Assembly (NCBI GenBank): GCA_000004695.1 | Contig: CM000155.2 | Coordinates: forward strand, 2,624,001-2,688,000 | Source: Dictyostelium discoideum | Taxonomy: Eukaryota | DNA length: 64,000 bases | Reading direction: 5' to 3' | Position numbers and translations under genes: made by a program | Shown here: positions 11,154 through 27,011 of the stretch, one piece after another | How the letters are laid out: each line of letters starts with the position of its first letter | Numbering within the stretch: position 1 is the stretch's first letter | Notes under the pieces: model-generated | The model's database searches: none | Told to the model about the DNA's origin: nothing | The model's input: only the letters and a program-made list of their open reading frames with translations

Positions 11154-12470
11154 GTGGATAATTTATCGTTATCAGTGTTTCAAGATTATGGTAGTTTTGT
11201 TAAAACACCAATACCAATTTTAAAAGATTTAAAAATTATTTGGAAAAAAGAACATGATGATACTCAACAACCAACAAAAGAAATTGAATTTTTAAAACAA
11301 TATGTTAATTTAAAAAGTGATTATTTACAAATTCAAAAATTATCAATGTTAAAAATTAATGATACCGCTGTCACCATATCAACCATTAAACATTTAGAAA
11401 TTAGAAATTTAAATAATATTAAATTAAATAATATTGAAACCCCATTACCAAATAGTTTAACAAAGTTAACGATAGGGGAGGGGTATGAGTATCCATTATC
11501 TACCGATATGGTACATGGTGGTATTAAATGTTTAAACGTTGGTTACAAATGGAATTTTAATTTATCAAATAATACAACACCAACAAATTTAACACAATTA
11601 ACATTAGGTGATTGTTATAATCAGTCATTTACTAATGAAAGTTTCCCAAATAATATTAAGATTTTAAAATTGGGTAGAGATTTCAATCAATTTTCATCAC
11701 TTGAAAATTTAAATCCAAATATTCATACATTGAAATTTAATAATAATTTTAATAATCCAATATTCTGTGAATTAAAATTACCAAATTCAATTACAACATT
11801 AGAATTTGGTGATCATTTTAACCAAGAAATTAATGAAAATACCTTTACAAACTGTCATGGTTTAAAGAATTTAAAATTTGGTAAATCATTTTCAAAAATT
11901 TTATCTTTAAATAATGTTCCACATTTTATTGAAAAATTAATAATACCATTTAAAACTAAACTTTTAATTACTGATCAACAATTATTTAATAAATTCTATT
12001 CAATTGAAAATCAATTAAAATTAAATAATAATCATTTAAGAATTAATTGTAAACATATTTTAAATAATAATGATAATAATAATAATATCAGTGAATTTAA
12101 ATTTCCAATTAATTGTAATTCAGTAACATTTGAAGATAATTCTTATATTGAATATGTTAATAGAATTTTACCAAATTCTATTAAATATTTAGAATTTGGT
12201 GAAAATTTTAGAAATGAAAAATCACCAGATCAATTTAATAAGAGATTAACAATTAGAGCAAGAGATATACCAAGAAGAACAACTCATTTATCAATTCAAT
12301 CTAAAGATGTAATTTTGGATTATATTCCATCAAATATTACTCATTTAAAAACTTGTTCAAATTATTCTCATCCAATTAATATTTTACCTTTTAATCATTT
12401 AGTTTCACTTAAAACAAGTTTATCAAATGTTTCTTATTTAAAAAAAACCAATTTTAATGATTTAGTTTAA
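11154..12470 (+). CDS. FNIP-repeat protein (Dictyostelium FNIP repeats); the 5' end is unresolved
   Basis: The repeats include LPNSLTKLTIGEGYEY, FPNNIKILKLGRDFNQF, LPNSITTLEFGDHFNQE and LPNSIKYLEFGENFRNE. The reading frame is open from about 10863 with no in-frame ATG until codon ~65 of the 438-aa ORF (the ORF-track entry begins on GTG). The start is therefore in an unrecognised upstream micro-exon, or the gene is a pseudogene. Confidence 0.55.
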   Translation: MDNLSLSVFQDYGSFVKTPIPILKDLKIIWKKEHDDTQQPTKEIEFLKQYVNLKSDYLQIQKLSMLKINDTAVTISTIKHLEIRNLNNIKLNNIETPLPNSLTKLTIGEGYEYPLSTDMVHGGIKCLNVGYKWNFNLSNNTTPTNLTQLTLGDCYNQSFTNESFPNNIKILKLGRDFNQFSSLENLNPNIHTLKFNNNFNNPIFCELKLPNSITTLEFGDHFNQEINENTFTNCHGLKNLKFGKSFSKILSLNNVPHFIEKLIIPFKTKLLITDQQLFNKFYSIENQLKLNNNHLRINCKHILNNNDNNNNISEFKFPINCNSVTFEDNSYIEYVNRILPNSIKYLEFGENFRNEKSPDQFNKRLTIRARDIPRRTTHLSIQSKDVILDYIPSNITHLKTCSNYSHPINILPFNHLVSLKTSLSNVSYLKKTNFNDLV

Positions 12471-12769
12471 ATTAAAAAAATAAAGAAAATTTATGATTAT
12501 TATTGTGAGTTAAATAAATTAAAAAAAAATTTTTTATTTCTTAAATCATAATAATCAAAAATCATTTTGTGTGTTAAATAAATTAAAAAAATGTTTTTAT
12601 TTCTTTTTTTATTAATTAATTCAAAAATCATAATGGTTACATTAATTTTTTTTATATTTAATATCATTTAGTGTATTTTCGAGTTTTCTATTTATTTAAA
12701 TTAAATCCATAATAAATAAAATTAAATAATTGTTTTAAAAAATAAAAAAAAATAAAAAAAAAAAAAAAA

Positions 12770-12804
<35 letters not shown>

Positions 12805-12825
12805 CCCAAACCAAATCGGAATTGG

Positions 12826-12869
<44 letters not shown>

Positions 12870-12917
12870 CATTTAATTTTTTTTAAAAAACGAACGAAAA
12901 AAAAAAAAAAAAAAAAA

Positions 12918-14502
12918 ATGACCCCAAGTTTAAAAGATTTAGGTAATCAATTTTATACAAAAGGTGATTATGATAAAGCTATTGAATTATATAAACAAGG
13001 TATTCAAGAGATATTAGATGATAATAATATAGTAAATGAAGATAGTAATAATCAATTATCATTAATAACAAGTAATTTATCAATTTCATATTATCAATTA
13101 AAAAGATATCAAGAATCATTAGAATGGGCATTAAAATCAATAGAATATAATCCAAAATCAGCAAAACCATATTTAAGAGCTGGTGATGCATATATTGAAT
13201 TATCAAATTATAAAGATGCAAAAGAGAAATATTTATTATGTATTAAAAATATAAATACAAATGATGAAACCGCTAAAAATTTATTAAATCAAGCTTCAAA
13301 CTCTTTACAAAATGCAAAGATGAAACAATTTTATCAACCAATTCTAGAAGGTTCACCAGCATTATATGATCGTGTTGAAATTAAATATTTAGATTCCATT
13401 AGAGAGAAAGCATTATTTGCAAAAGTACCAATTCAAAAAGGTGAAATCATTTTCTCTGATTTACCATTCATTCATCAATTAAGTGTTGATAGTTTTAAAT
13501 TACATCATAATGATATTTGTAATCATTGTATTAAATTCATTGATTCATCAGCAGCAATAATAAAATGTAATAATACAAATGGTTGTAAATATCAATATTG
13601 TAGTGAAAAATGTAAATTAGAATCATTTAGTTATCATAATCAATCATGTATGAATAATTCAGATTTGGTTTTATCCTCAAATCATCCAATTTCAAAATAT
13701 AGAGCAATGGTTGAAAATGTACCAACTTCAACTCAATTACTTTTGGTTGAATCTTTAATTTCAATGATTAGTCATTTATTAAAAACAAAACAAGCAAAAA
13801 ATTGTAATTTAGCACTTGGTACTATCACTCATTTAAAAAGAGGTCCATTAATGGCTCAACAATCTTCTTTTAATGGAAAGAATCTTGAAGATTTACAAAA
13901 ACAATATCAACCTTTACTTTCACTTTTAGAAGATGCCTATGGTTTAAAATTAAAAGAACATTTAGATGATCAATTATTAAAAAATGAATTTAAAAAATGT
14001 AAGATCATTTAAAAAAATAATATAAATTATTAATTAATTAATAATAATAATAATAGATACTAATTTTAAAATTATAGTATTTAGTGTTGATTTTTATGAT
14101 AATTTATTAGGTATGATTAATTTTAATTCAACATCAACAGTTGTTAAATCTGGAAAAAAAATTGAAATTCAAGTACCAGTTACAACAACAGGTAAGGGAA
14201 AGAAATCTAATAATCAAGTAAAAACTACAACTAAAACAATTGAAAATTCTTGTTGGGGTGTTGGTTTATTCCCAATTTTCTCATGTATGAATCATTCTTG
14301 TTTTCCAAATGTTGAAATTTCAAATGAAATAATTGATGGTGTTACTTCTGTTAGAATGGTTGTAAAAGCTAAAAAGAATATACCTGCTGGTTCTGAAATA
14401 CTTCATTCCTATTGTGATGAAACTTTATCAAATAAAGAGAGAAAAGATATTTTATTCTCTCAATATGGTTTTAAATGTACATGTAATAAATGTTCAAAAT
14501 AA
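12918..14502 (+). CDS. SET and MYND domain protein (SMYD-like) with an N-terminal TPR, two exons
   Basis: Exon 1 runs 12918-13998 (MTPSLKDLGNQFYTKGDYDKAIELYKQG.., a TPR; then the MYND zinc finger CNHCIKF..CKYQYCSEKCKLESFSYHNQSC). A GTAAGA donor sits at 13999. Exon 2 runs to 14502 and carries the SET core GVGLFPIFSCMNHSCFPNVE and a post-SET CTCNKCSK. The acceptor is either 14078 or 14111, which are 33 nt apart; both are in frame and differ by 11 residues. Confidence 0.7.
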
Positions 14503-14703
14503 AAAAAATTTAAAATAAAAGTAAAAAAACGATATTAAAGTGTTTGTGGTTTTCGATTTTTTATTTTTATTTTTATTTTTATTTTTTATTTTTTATTTTT
14601 TTTTTTCATTCGTTTTTTAAAAATTTTTTATTTTTTTTCATTTTTTTTTTTTTTTTTTTTTTTTCATTTGGTAATTTTCTTTTAGAAATAAATAAAATAA
14701 ATA

Positions 14704-16881
<2,178 letters not shown>

Positions 16882-17913
16882 TTTAATTAATAAAATCATT
16901 TAACTTTGATTTATTTTTTTTTTTTTAAAAAAAATTATTTAAATAGATTTATTTATTGAATTGAAAAATTTATTTGTTTAGAAAAAAAAAATCATTAAAA
17001 CCCACCCATTTACTTCTTTTAATTTCAAGATTAAAATAGTTCTTGGTGGTAGGGTTATTAAAAATAAATTTAAGAATTTTTTCAAACTTTATAAATAATT
17101 GATTACTTTTAGAATTCTTAATACTTTTTTTTTTTTTTTTTGGATATTTTGTTGATATTTTTATTTTATTTTTTTTATTTTTATTTTTTTTATTGAAAAG
17201 AAGATATTATAAACTCTTATAAATGGTGAATCATATTTATCCAATTTACAATTTTTAAATCAGTTGAAAGAATAAAATTATTTCGATTGTACCATTTAGT
17301 TATGTAGAATTTTTAATTCATTGAAACTTTAAAATCTTAAAAAAAAAATATTCTGCGACCCGTTAAGTTTTTAATATAAAATATTAAATGAAAAGCCCCA
17401 ACATAAAATGTAGAATGAATTATTTTGATTTACGGTGATTAATTAATTTTTTTTTTTTTTTTTTCTCGCTATGACCCAACGAGATTTTCTGAAAAAAAAT
17501 ATAAACATGGATCCATTAAAAAAAAAAAATTCTCCAAAAGCAAAGAAAAATTTTTTTGTTTGCTTTAAGCGAATATCATTTGTTAACAATTTTAATTTTC
17601 TAAACAATTATTTTAAAATAACACCAATGTTTTTTTTTTTAAATAATTTTTTTTTCTGTAAAATAAACCAGATCAACTTTATATTTTTTTTTTAAAAAAA
17701 AAATCTTCAAAAACTAATAAAAATTTAAAGCGAAATATCGTTCGTAAACAATTTTAATTGTCTAAAAATTTTTTTTTTTTCTAAACACCCAACCATTTTT
17801 TTTTTTTTTTTTTTTTTTCTTATTGATTTTATTAAAATAATATTCTTGAAAGACAAAAAAAACGTGAATATTGGGGCTTAATTTGTCATACAGACACACA
17901 AGAGAAAGATTGG

Positions 17914-17968
<55 letters not shown>

Positions 17969-18030
17969 CTTATTTAAACCAAAAATTATTCTTACATTTT
18001 GTTCATTATCATTCTAAACTAATATTAAAA

Positions 18031-19476
18031 ATGATTAAATTATCAAATTTTATTTTATTATTCTTTATTTATATAACCATTTTGCTTGTAAATTCTCAAG
18101 ATATTTACGTTAATTACAACGTTCCAAAAGGTTACAGTACTTTCGATGAATGTGGTGATTGGAATACTCCTTGTGTTTCCATAGAAGATGCCGGTAAAAG
18201 AGCCATTTCAAATTCAATTGCTTCTGGTGTAGATCAATTTATCACTATTGTTGGAAATGTCGATGGAACCACATCAGCCTCATTTAGTAACTTGTACAAG
18301 TATTGTGGTACTTTAAATATCAGATCATATAATAACGTACCTGTTACAATTGATGGATCATCTTCAACTACTCCATTTATTACTATTGAAGAGAATGAAG
18401 TTGTGAGTTGTAACAAAAAAAGAAGATATATATTTAGATTCTTACAATTTGAAAACTGGGATCAAACTTTAGCAAAAATTAACATTAATCAAGAAACAAA
18501 CCTTGCCTCTATTGAAGACTCAAAGAATGTTGCTATTGCATTTTTTAACTCTAAATTGACTTCAATAAGTAGTCTTTCTCTTATATATCCAAAGAATATT
18601 GGATATGAATATAATCAGATTGCAACCTCAATTACCTTTAATACTTTAGTAGCTGAAAAATTAACATCATCTTCAACTCTCTTTGCACCAAATTCAATTA
18701 CCAACTATTTACCCCCAGTTTACATAGTTGGTGGTACAACTAGTTTCTACTCTGCCACCTTTAATGATAATAACTTTACTACCACTCCCTTCATTTATAC
18801 TGTTGGCGGAGAGTCAAGATTTACTTCAAGCATAGTTTTTAATAATAGTATCTTTTGTACTCCATTTTCATTTGCAAATGCAGCTATTGGAACTTATAGA
18901 AATTTAGTTTTCAACGACTATAAACTTACAACTTTAGTTCAAGCTACCGGAACACCAGTTTTATCTTATTCTTTAATGAATATTCATGTAACTTTAAATA
19001 CAGCCCAAGATGTCCCATCTGGTTTCTGTTCTATCAATCAATATTTGGGTTATACTTTTAGTGACTCATTCATTGTTGTAAAGGATAGTGGTAGCTCACC
19101 TATCTATTCAAATGTTTACCCATCATCATCTTCAAATCGTATTCCTGTATTAATTGATAATTCTAATGTTTCCTTTTGGCCTTACCTTAATTTAGTTGAA
19201 ACTAGTTTTGATTTTAATTTTGTCAATAGCCAGATAAGCTTGTATTATCCAATAGGTGATTCAAATGGTATTATTAGAGGAAGTAATTCAACTATAATGT
19301 TACATTCAGTAGAAGATAATAGCGTTGCTTGTGGTTGTTCAAATTGTCATTTCGATAGCATGATCGGTACAATAGAATGCCCAATAGTCACACCAACTCC
19401 ATCAACCTGTATGTGTTCTTGTCCATGTGTATCATCCTCATCATCCTCATTATCATCTTCATCATTTTCATTATAG
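18031..19476 (+). CDS. Hypothetical secreted Ser/Thr-rich protein with a cysteine-rich C-terminus
   Basis: It is a 481-aa single ORF with the N-terminal signal-peptide-like segment MIKLSNFILLFFIYITILLVNSQ. It has many N-x-S/T sites, a C-terminal CGCSNCHFDSMIGTIECP..CMCSCPC, and a poly-Ser tail. I recognise no homologue. Confidence 0.55.
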   Translation: MIKLSNFILLFFIYITILLVNSQDIYVNYNVPKGYSTFDECGDWNTPCVSIEDAGKRAISNSIASGVDQFITIVGNVDGTTSASFSNLYKYCGTLNIRSYNNVPVTIDGSSSTTPFITIEENEVVSCNKKRRYIFRFLQFENWDQTLAKININQETNLASIEDSKNVAIAFFNSKLTSISSLSLIYPKNIGYEYNQIATSITFNTLVAEKLTSSSTLFAPNSITNYLPPVYIVGGTTSFYSATFNDNNFTTTPFIYTVGGESRFTSSIVFNNSIFCTPFSFANAAIGTYRNLVFNDYKLTTLVQATGTPVLSYSLMNIHVTLNTAQDVPSGFCSINQYLGYTFSDSFIVVKDSGSSPIYSNVYPSSSSNRIPVLIDNSNVSFWPYLNLVETSFDFNFVNSQISLYYPIGDSNGIIRGSNSTIMLHSVEDNSVACGCSNCHFDSMIGTIECPIVTPTPSTCMCSCPCVSSSSSSLSSSSFSL

Positions 19477-19747
19477 AAATTAATAATCAATACAGCCAAT
19501 AGTAGATTTTAAAATAATACAAGTAAATTTTTTTTTTCAATTATTTATAAAAAATAATATCGTTTTTTAATAATAATATTGTTCTTTATTTAATTTATAA
19601 ATAATAATATTGTTCTTTATTTACAATTTTTTTTTTTTAAATTTCAATAAGCATTTGTTCAATTTTTATATGGCAAAAAAAGAATTTATTTTTGGTTTTT
19701 TTTTTTTTTTTTTTTTTTTTTTATTTTTAAATTTTAATATTTTAAAA

Positions 19748-20329
19748 ATGAATGATAACATCGATATTGTTTTTTTTAAATGTTGGAGAAATATTGTAAT
19801 TAATAGGGAGATTTTTTATTATGTATCACTATATAGACATCAAATTGAGTATTGCGTTGAAGGAGTAAGCGAACTAGGAGAAGTTGATTTAGAGATAAAG
19901 AATAAAATAATAAATTTAACTTATATGGGTCACGAAATGATTAAATATTGTTCAAGTTTTAATGATTATACATCATTAAAAAGAATAAAATTTACAAATA
20001 ATTCAATGGCTTCAATTAATGGATCTGTATTTCCTGATACAGTTGAAGAGGTTATTTATCCATGGGGTAATAATAGTGTAAATACATATCTTTCAAACCT
20101 TCCAAAATCAGTTACTTCAGTTAAAAATGTATTTTATAAATTTAGTTTAAAACCAGAATATCTTGCAGTTAATCAATATAAACCAACATTGCCACAAAAA
20201 TTATCAATTCCAAATTCAATTAAATCAATGAGTTTTAGTAAATTTTCAAAATTTAATCAAACTTTAAAACCATCGCAACAAAATGAACGAAATAATAATA
20301 ATAATAACAATAATAATAATAATAATAAT

Positions 20330-20373
<44 letters not shown>

Positions 20374-21364
20374 TGGTGATGATAAAATTAAAATACCAAA
20401 ATCAATTACATCACTTGACCTTGGAATTAATTTTATGAATGGTGGTAAAATATTAGAAGTTGGATCAATACCAAATTCAATTAAAATATTAGATTTAGGT
20501 TATTATAATTTAGAGTTATTAGAAAATGTAATACCAGATTCAGTAACATATTTAAAAGTTTATCATCCAAATAAAAATCAATTAATTTTACCAAAGAATT
20601 CAATTAAATCATTGTTAATAAGATATAATAGTATAATACCTGATAATAAAACTAGTATCAATATCCAATCAATACCATCAAGTGTAACAAAATTAGATTT
20701 AGAAACTGGTGTATTTCCAATTGATTCAAATTCAATACCATCAAGTGTAACACATTTAGAATTTAGAGAGAATTTTAATATACCAATTACAAAATCATTA
20801 CTTGAATCATGTAAAGATAGTTTAAAAATAATAAAAATACCAAACTCTTTTAATTTAATTATTGAAAATGATTCATTAAATCAATGTTTAAATTTAAAAA
20901 CTTTGGAATTTTATGAAAAGGTCAATTTAGGTTATTTCAATAGAAATGAAATTGGTTGGAATAAGGATAATTTACCATTGGATTTCTTTCCGATTTCTTT
21001 AACTTCTTTATCATTGGGTAATGGGTTTGATCAATTATTAAAACCTGGTTTATTACCACAATCATTACGTTCTCTTTATTTAGGTTCTTCTTTTAATAAA
21101 CCTTTGTTATTAAATTCTTTACCAAATGGTTTATTAGTTTTAAAGTTTAACCAAGATTCAAGATTTAATCATCCAATTGAGGTTGGAGTTTTACCAGTTA
21201 CATTAATTACTTTAGAATTTGGTTATGCATTTTCTTTTAAAATTACTGACCCAAATATTCTTCCAAAATCTTTACAATATCTAGTTTTACCAAGTGAAAC
21301 ATCTTCAATTTCAAAGAATGCAATTCCTAAATCAATTAAAGATTTAAGATATCTTTATTTTTAA
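19748..21364 (+). CDS. FNIP-repeat protein, second copy, with a polyN linker
   Basis: The ATG at 19748 lies in an AAAATG context and is in frame with the ORF-track entry. The FNIP repeats include IPNSIKILDLGYYNLE, IPSSVTKLDLETGVF, IPSSVTHLEFRENFN, LPQSLRSLYLGSSFNKP and LPVTLITLEFGYAFS. Confidence 0.7.
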
Positions 21365-21692
21365 TAAAATAAAAAAAAATTAAAGAATTAACATCTAATT
21401 CCTTATTATAAAATCTTACAAGGATTCGGAAAAATGAGAAAGATATTTATTTCCTCCCATGGGATTTTTTTTTTTTTTTTGATTCTTAGATTATAAATAA
21501 CTTTCACATAATAATAAAATGTAGAAAGTTACAAAAAAAAAAAAAAAAAAATGAAAGAGAGCACATGTGCCCAAAAAAAGTTATTATCAAATAAAAATGA
21601 ATTAATAAATCCAATACAATTTACCAACCAACCAATTAATTTATAATAATTATATAATTAAATTAATAGTTTATTTTGTTTGTTGTCTTTAA

Positions 21693-21728
<36 letters not shown>

Positions 21729-22199
21729 AAATAAATAAATAAATAAATAAATAAAAATAAAAATAAATATAAAAAATTAAAATAAATCAATATAATGGTA
21801 TCAAAGTTAAATCAATCATGAGAATAATATTAAATCAATATTAACAAAAAAAAGTGCCACTCAAAAAAATAAAAAAACACAAATCCAAAACACCTAAATT
21901 TTAATTATTCACATTTATTATTTATTTAAAAATAATAAAAATAAATAATTTATTAAGGTGCAATTGAAGATATTGCAATTAGTTAGTGTGGTTTTAAAAA
22001 TAAAAAAAAAAAAAAAATAAAAAATTATTTTTATTCTCAAAACCCTAAGACTTACCCTCTGAATTTAAAAAATTTGCAACAAAAAATATTTTGAAAAAGG
22101 GGTTAACAAAAAAAAAAAAACCACACTTCATTTATAAATGGAGCATCACACCCAAGCTCATTTCTCCAGATCCTCTATATTTATAATTTTATGGTTTTT

Positions 22200-22202
<3 letters not shown>

Positions 22203-22284
<82 letters not shown>
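22203..22284. repeat. (ATT)n microsatellite
   Basis: This is a direct read. Confidence 0.9.
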
Positions 22285-22285
<1 letters not shown>

Positions 22286-22549
22286 TTTATATTTTATTTT
22301 ATTTTTTTTTTTTTTTTTTTTTATTTTTTAAATTTTTTTTTTTTTTTTCTTTATTAAAAATTATTTTTATTAATTTTTTATTTTATCTTTTTTTTTTTTA
22401 TCTATTTATTTATTAAAAATTATATTTTCCAGTAATAATTAAATTTCTCTTTTTATATTTATCTAAATTATTAATAAAGCCAAATTCAAAAAAGTAAAAT
22501 TTAAATAAAAATGGAATAAACAATGTCTCTTATCACCAATAACTAAACT

Positions 22550-23170
22550 ACAATTAAAATAATTTGATGCCATTTCAAATCTGAGTGTTGTTTGTCATAT
22601 ATGGTATAATAAATAAAGATAATAAAGCACTTGCTTGTCGAGGTCTTATCACAGTTTCTGGTAACAAATTATTGACAAGTGACAATGAATTCAAAGTTAA
22701 AGTATTAGCAAATAATTAAAATACTACAGTAATTGTTTAAAATGAAAAGATATTAATAGTTAGAGCTGATAACATGGAGCGTCCACTCTTTGTTTCAACA
22801 TTTATTGGGAATAAACTCGGACCATATTCAATTTTGACATATTGAGATCCAAGGATTACAGTTATTAGATCGATTAAAAATAAAAGAGATGGTATTTCAA
22901 TAAGAGTGGGTGGTATTAGTTTACAAAGTATTTATTTTCAAGATTAGGACTTGAATCAGTTTCTCTTTCATGTAATTTACAATGTGGTTCTTCACCAAAT
23001 GAAACATTTTATTATAGTAATTCAAAATTAAGTTCAAGTGAAACTGATATTACAAATAGTACTGATTATTTATCATGCTATTCAAATTTAATTGTTGATG
23101 AAACATCAGGACTTTTATATCTCCAATTAGGCTCAACATCATTTAATTGTGTAAAAAACTCTTTCAAATA
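22550..23170 (+). pseudogene. Island of lower A+T with fragmented protein-like reading frames (candidate gene relic or unmodelled multi-exon gene)
   Basis: One stretch reads ..[75 protein letters not shown] and ends at a stop, and upstream pieces such as MERPLFVSTFIGNKLGPYSILTY are interrupted by stops. No consistent splice model could be built. Confidence 0.3.
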
Positions 23171-23323
23171 AAAAAAAGAAAAAGTAAAATTAAAACTTTA
23201 AAAACTTTTATTTTAATTGAAATTCAGTTTTTTTTTTAGATATTTTTAATTCAAAATCAGTTTTTTTTAAAATTTTTTTTAAATTTTTTTTTTTTTTTTT
23301 TTTTTTAAATAAAAGAAAATTGG

Positions 23324-23489
23324 ATGATGGAAGAATATCAAGAAATAAATAAAATTTTACATGAAATTGATGATGGTAATACTAAAAGAAAAGTTCAATT
23401 GGTAAAAAATAAAAAGGATGGAAAGGTAATTGAATTTTCATTTCCCACTATTTTTTTTTTTTTTATTAATAAATCTCAATCTAATGAAA

Positions 23490-23524
<35 letters not shown>

Positions 23525-23989
23525 CTTTCCAAAATTATAACAACAGTTATATGTTTGTAAAACTATAGATTTTAATAATAATAATGAAACGAAAGATAGT
23601 AAGGTTAAAAGAGAAAGAGAATATTTATTTTTAAAACAATATTCATCACCTAGCTTTTCACATTTAAATATTGCTAAATACATTAAACACTTTGAAACCA
23701 GAGATAATCATGGATACCTTCAAAAATTAACAATAATAATAGAATATTATGAGGGTGGTGATTTAACTAATTTAAAGAATTTAAACGAGTAATTAATCTT
23801 TTTTTTTTCAATTTATTTGTTTTTTTTTTTTTTTATTCTAATTTTTTTTTTTTTTTAAATAAAAATTAAAAGAGTCCTACCAAAAGATATAATTTACCTC
23901 TTTTTTACAATGTTAGTCATTTTAAAAGAATTTAAAAATTCAATTATTCATAGAGATATTAAACCTGGTATGTAATAATTGAATTTTTG

Positions 23990-24065
<76 letters not shown>

Positions 24066-26980
24066 ATAAACCCCTAACTCCTTAATAATAAAAATAAAGA
24101 GAATATATTTTTCGTTAAAAATGGACCAGATCTAGAATTTTATTTAGGAGATATGGGAAGTTCCTCAATGGTTATAACTGATCAAAAAAATACACTTATT
24201 GGTACAAATCAATATATGGCGCCTGTAAGATTTCTTTTTTTTTTTTATAAAAACTCATATATTAACAATATTAAACTGAAAACATTTATTTTTAATTTAT
24301 AGGAAATTGATTTAGGTGGATATACATGTAAAGTTGATATTTATAGTCTAGGTAAAACAATGTTATCACTTATCACTTTAGTTCATTCACCAATGAATTC
24401 AATTTTTGAATCATTATTTCAATTATGTACATTAGAGAATTTCAAAATAAGGCCATCAATAGATCAATTAATTGAATTTGTTTGTAGACAGTATGATCAA
24501 TCAAGATATACTATATCATTGTCAAGTTATACTCATCCAAACACAAGATCAATCATAAAGTATTTTAAAGATAAAAAATTCAATATACTCAAAGAAGGTG
24601 AAAAAATCAATTTTAAAATTGACATTCAAAGTAAATTTTACAATTGTATTAGTGTATATAGGGGTTTCGCTTATAATGAATATATAGTTGAAGAAGAGGA
24701 GAAAGAAAAGGAAGAATATCAAAAGGAAGAAAATCAACAATCAATTCCAAATGTTTTATCCATTGTTGAATTAATTCAACCACCATTACAGGATCTCTCC
24801 AAAGATTTTGAGAATGTATTAATAAATCATATAAATTACATTAGAGATGGTGGTATTAATGGATCTATTAGATCACTATTACATCCTGATATAATTATCA
24901 AGACTAAATGTGATAGGGTAAAAGGTTTTGAAATAAAGGCTCACTCTAATATTACTAATACCGAAGGTTTATTCATTGAAAATGCACATTTAATTTATAA
25001 ACCAGTCAATTTATCTTGGAAAAAGATATTCTTAGAAAGAGAAGACGAAATCACTCCAGATGTTCAATTAAAAGCTGTCTTCTTATCTTTATTGGTAGCT
25101 TTTAAAATCTCAAACGATGAAAATGATTTTTTAACCGGTACACTATTTGATAAACTCATGGAACATATTTATTTTGTGAAATCACCGTCACTACCACCAC
25201 CATCACAAATTTCACCAATTAAAGAACCACTCTCTTCTTATGAACTAAAGATTTCTTTCCCTTTCAACCATAGGGCTCATATCTATGGTGTAAAAGTACC
25301 TTTAAACCCAAACTATTTAAATTTGTTTTTTGGTGGTGAAATAAAGGATACTTTAATATCAAATCTTATTCAAACATTGAATGTATTTATTATTATTATT
25401 ATTATTTATTATTATTTATAATTATTTTAAAATTGTATTATTAATGTAATTTTTATTTTATCAGATATTAGCTCCAAACAATTTACAATATAAAAGCATT
25501 TTAATTAAATTAATATCAATTATTTTAAAAGAAGAGAAAAGAATTTTAAAATCATATTCAAATTTAGGTTTAGAGATTTATTTCAAAGAGTTTAATGAAA
25601 TAATTAAAAATGAAATTGCTTTAGAGGGTATTGTATCAGATAAATTATTAGTTTCAAAGATAGATACAACAAAGAAAATTGAAAAGATAAGAGGTTTTAG
25701 AAATGGTCATTCAAATTCAGATGCAGATATTTATATTTCAGAGTTTAAAGGAAAATATTATGCAATTGATAAATTTGAACATATACCCGGTCTTTTTGAA
25801 ATATTGGAACCATTTTCAAATAAAGCAATCGATGATTTTAATCAACATTTCAAATTCATTTCAACTTTTGTTGATGTCAACGAATCTTTTGGATTAGTGT
25901 ATACAATATTCGAATTACCATCATCCTTAATTAATTCTTATCAAACTACAAGAAAATCATGTGAAAATAAAAATATATTAGATAAAGATAAAACATTTAG
26001 AAATTTATTAAATCAACATCTCTCATATTATCAAAATATTCAAAATAATAGATATAAACTAAATGGAACTGATTTAACAAGTAAAAAATTAAGCTTCACG
26101 GAATGTAAGTTAAAAAACAAAATAAATAAATATATATATTCATTACAACTATTTATGTATTAAAATACACAATTTTTTTTTAATTTTTTTTAAAAATAAA
26201 ATAAAAAAAGATCAATATAATATAATTATTTCAAATGATTGTGATATACATTATTATTTTAGTTTTGTAGGTAAAAATGGTTCAGGTTTAGTTCAATCAT
26301 TCTTTGATATAGGTGCATGGGTTTATGGCGATGAAAATGTTAAAAAAATTAAAGTTTTATCATTTTTTTATTTATTACAGTGCTTATTTGATTATCAAAC
26401 AAAAAATACTCATAATAGTGTTGATATTGATTTCCCAAATATTCTCTATTATCTAAAGAAATTTTATTATTCATCACTTGTTGATTATGGTCTCAATGGA
26501 ATGGATTCTTCAAGTAAAATATTCAACTATGATTTGAATAATTCATATTCATTTATAAAAATTGGATTTTTAATTTATAATATTTTAGATTTATACAAAC
26601 CAAATATTATTCCAGATCAAACATTATATTATGATTCCGATCTAATAGTAATGTTACTAGAGAATAGTTCTAATGTAAGTTAGATTATGCTTTTATAAAA
26701 TACTATTTTGTATGTTTTTAGTTATTTATTAAAATTTACTTTTTTTTTTTTAATTAGAAATTTTTATGTTTTAGAAAACAATATTATTCAGATTTAGATA
26801 AAACAAAATTAAAATTAACTCCAGAGAATATTGTACCACAAAATAATGATAATGATAATTCAATAATTTTATTACCATTATTAATTATTAAAGATGATAT
26901 TACATCATTTCATTTCTTTGATTATAACCTTAAAGATTCAATTAAAACTATAGAAGATTTTAATAATGAAAAAGAGTAAG

Positions 26981-27011
<31 letters not shown>

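Noticed and set aside
12822-12917. N-terminal extension of the SMYD ORF ([11 protein letters not shown]...)
   Set aside because: It is a translation of poly-T/poly-A promoter DNA. The real start is the AAAATG at 12918.
17471-17695. 74-aa plus-strand ORF
   Set aside because: It has A/T low-complexity composition and lies in intergenic DNA between the TRMT2A-like gene and the secreted-protein gene. It has no domain or coding bias.
22138-22416. 92-aa ORF (polyY/F)
   Set aside because: It is the translation of the (ATT)n microsatellite.
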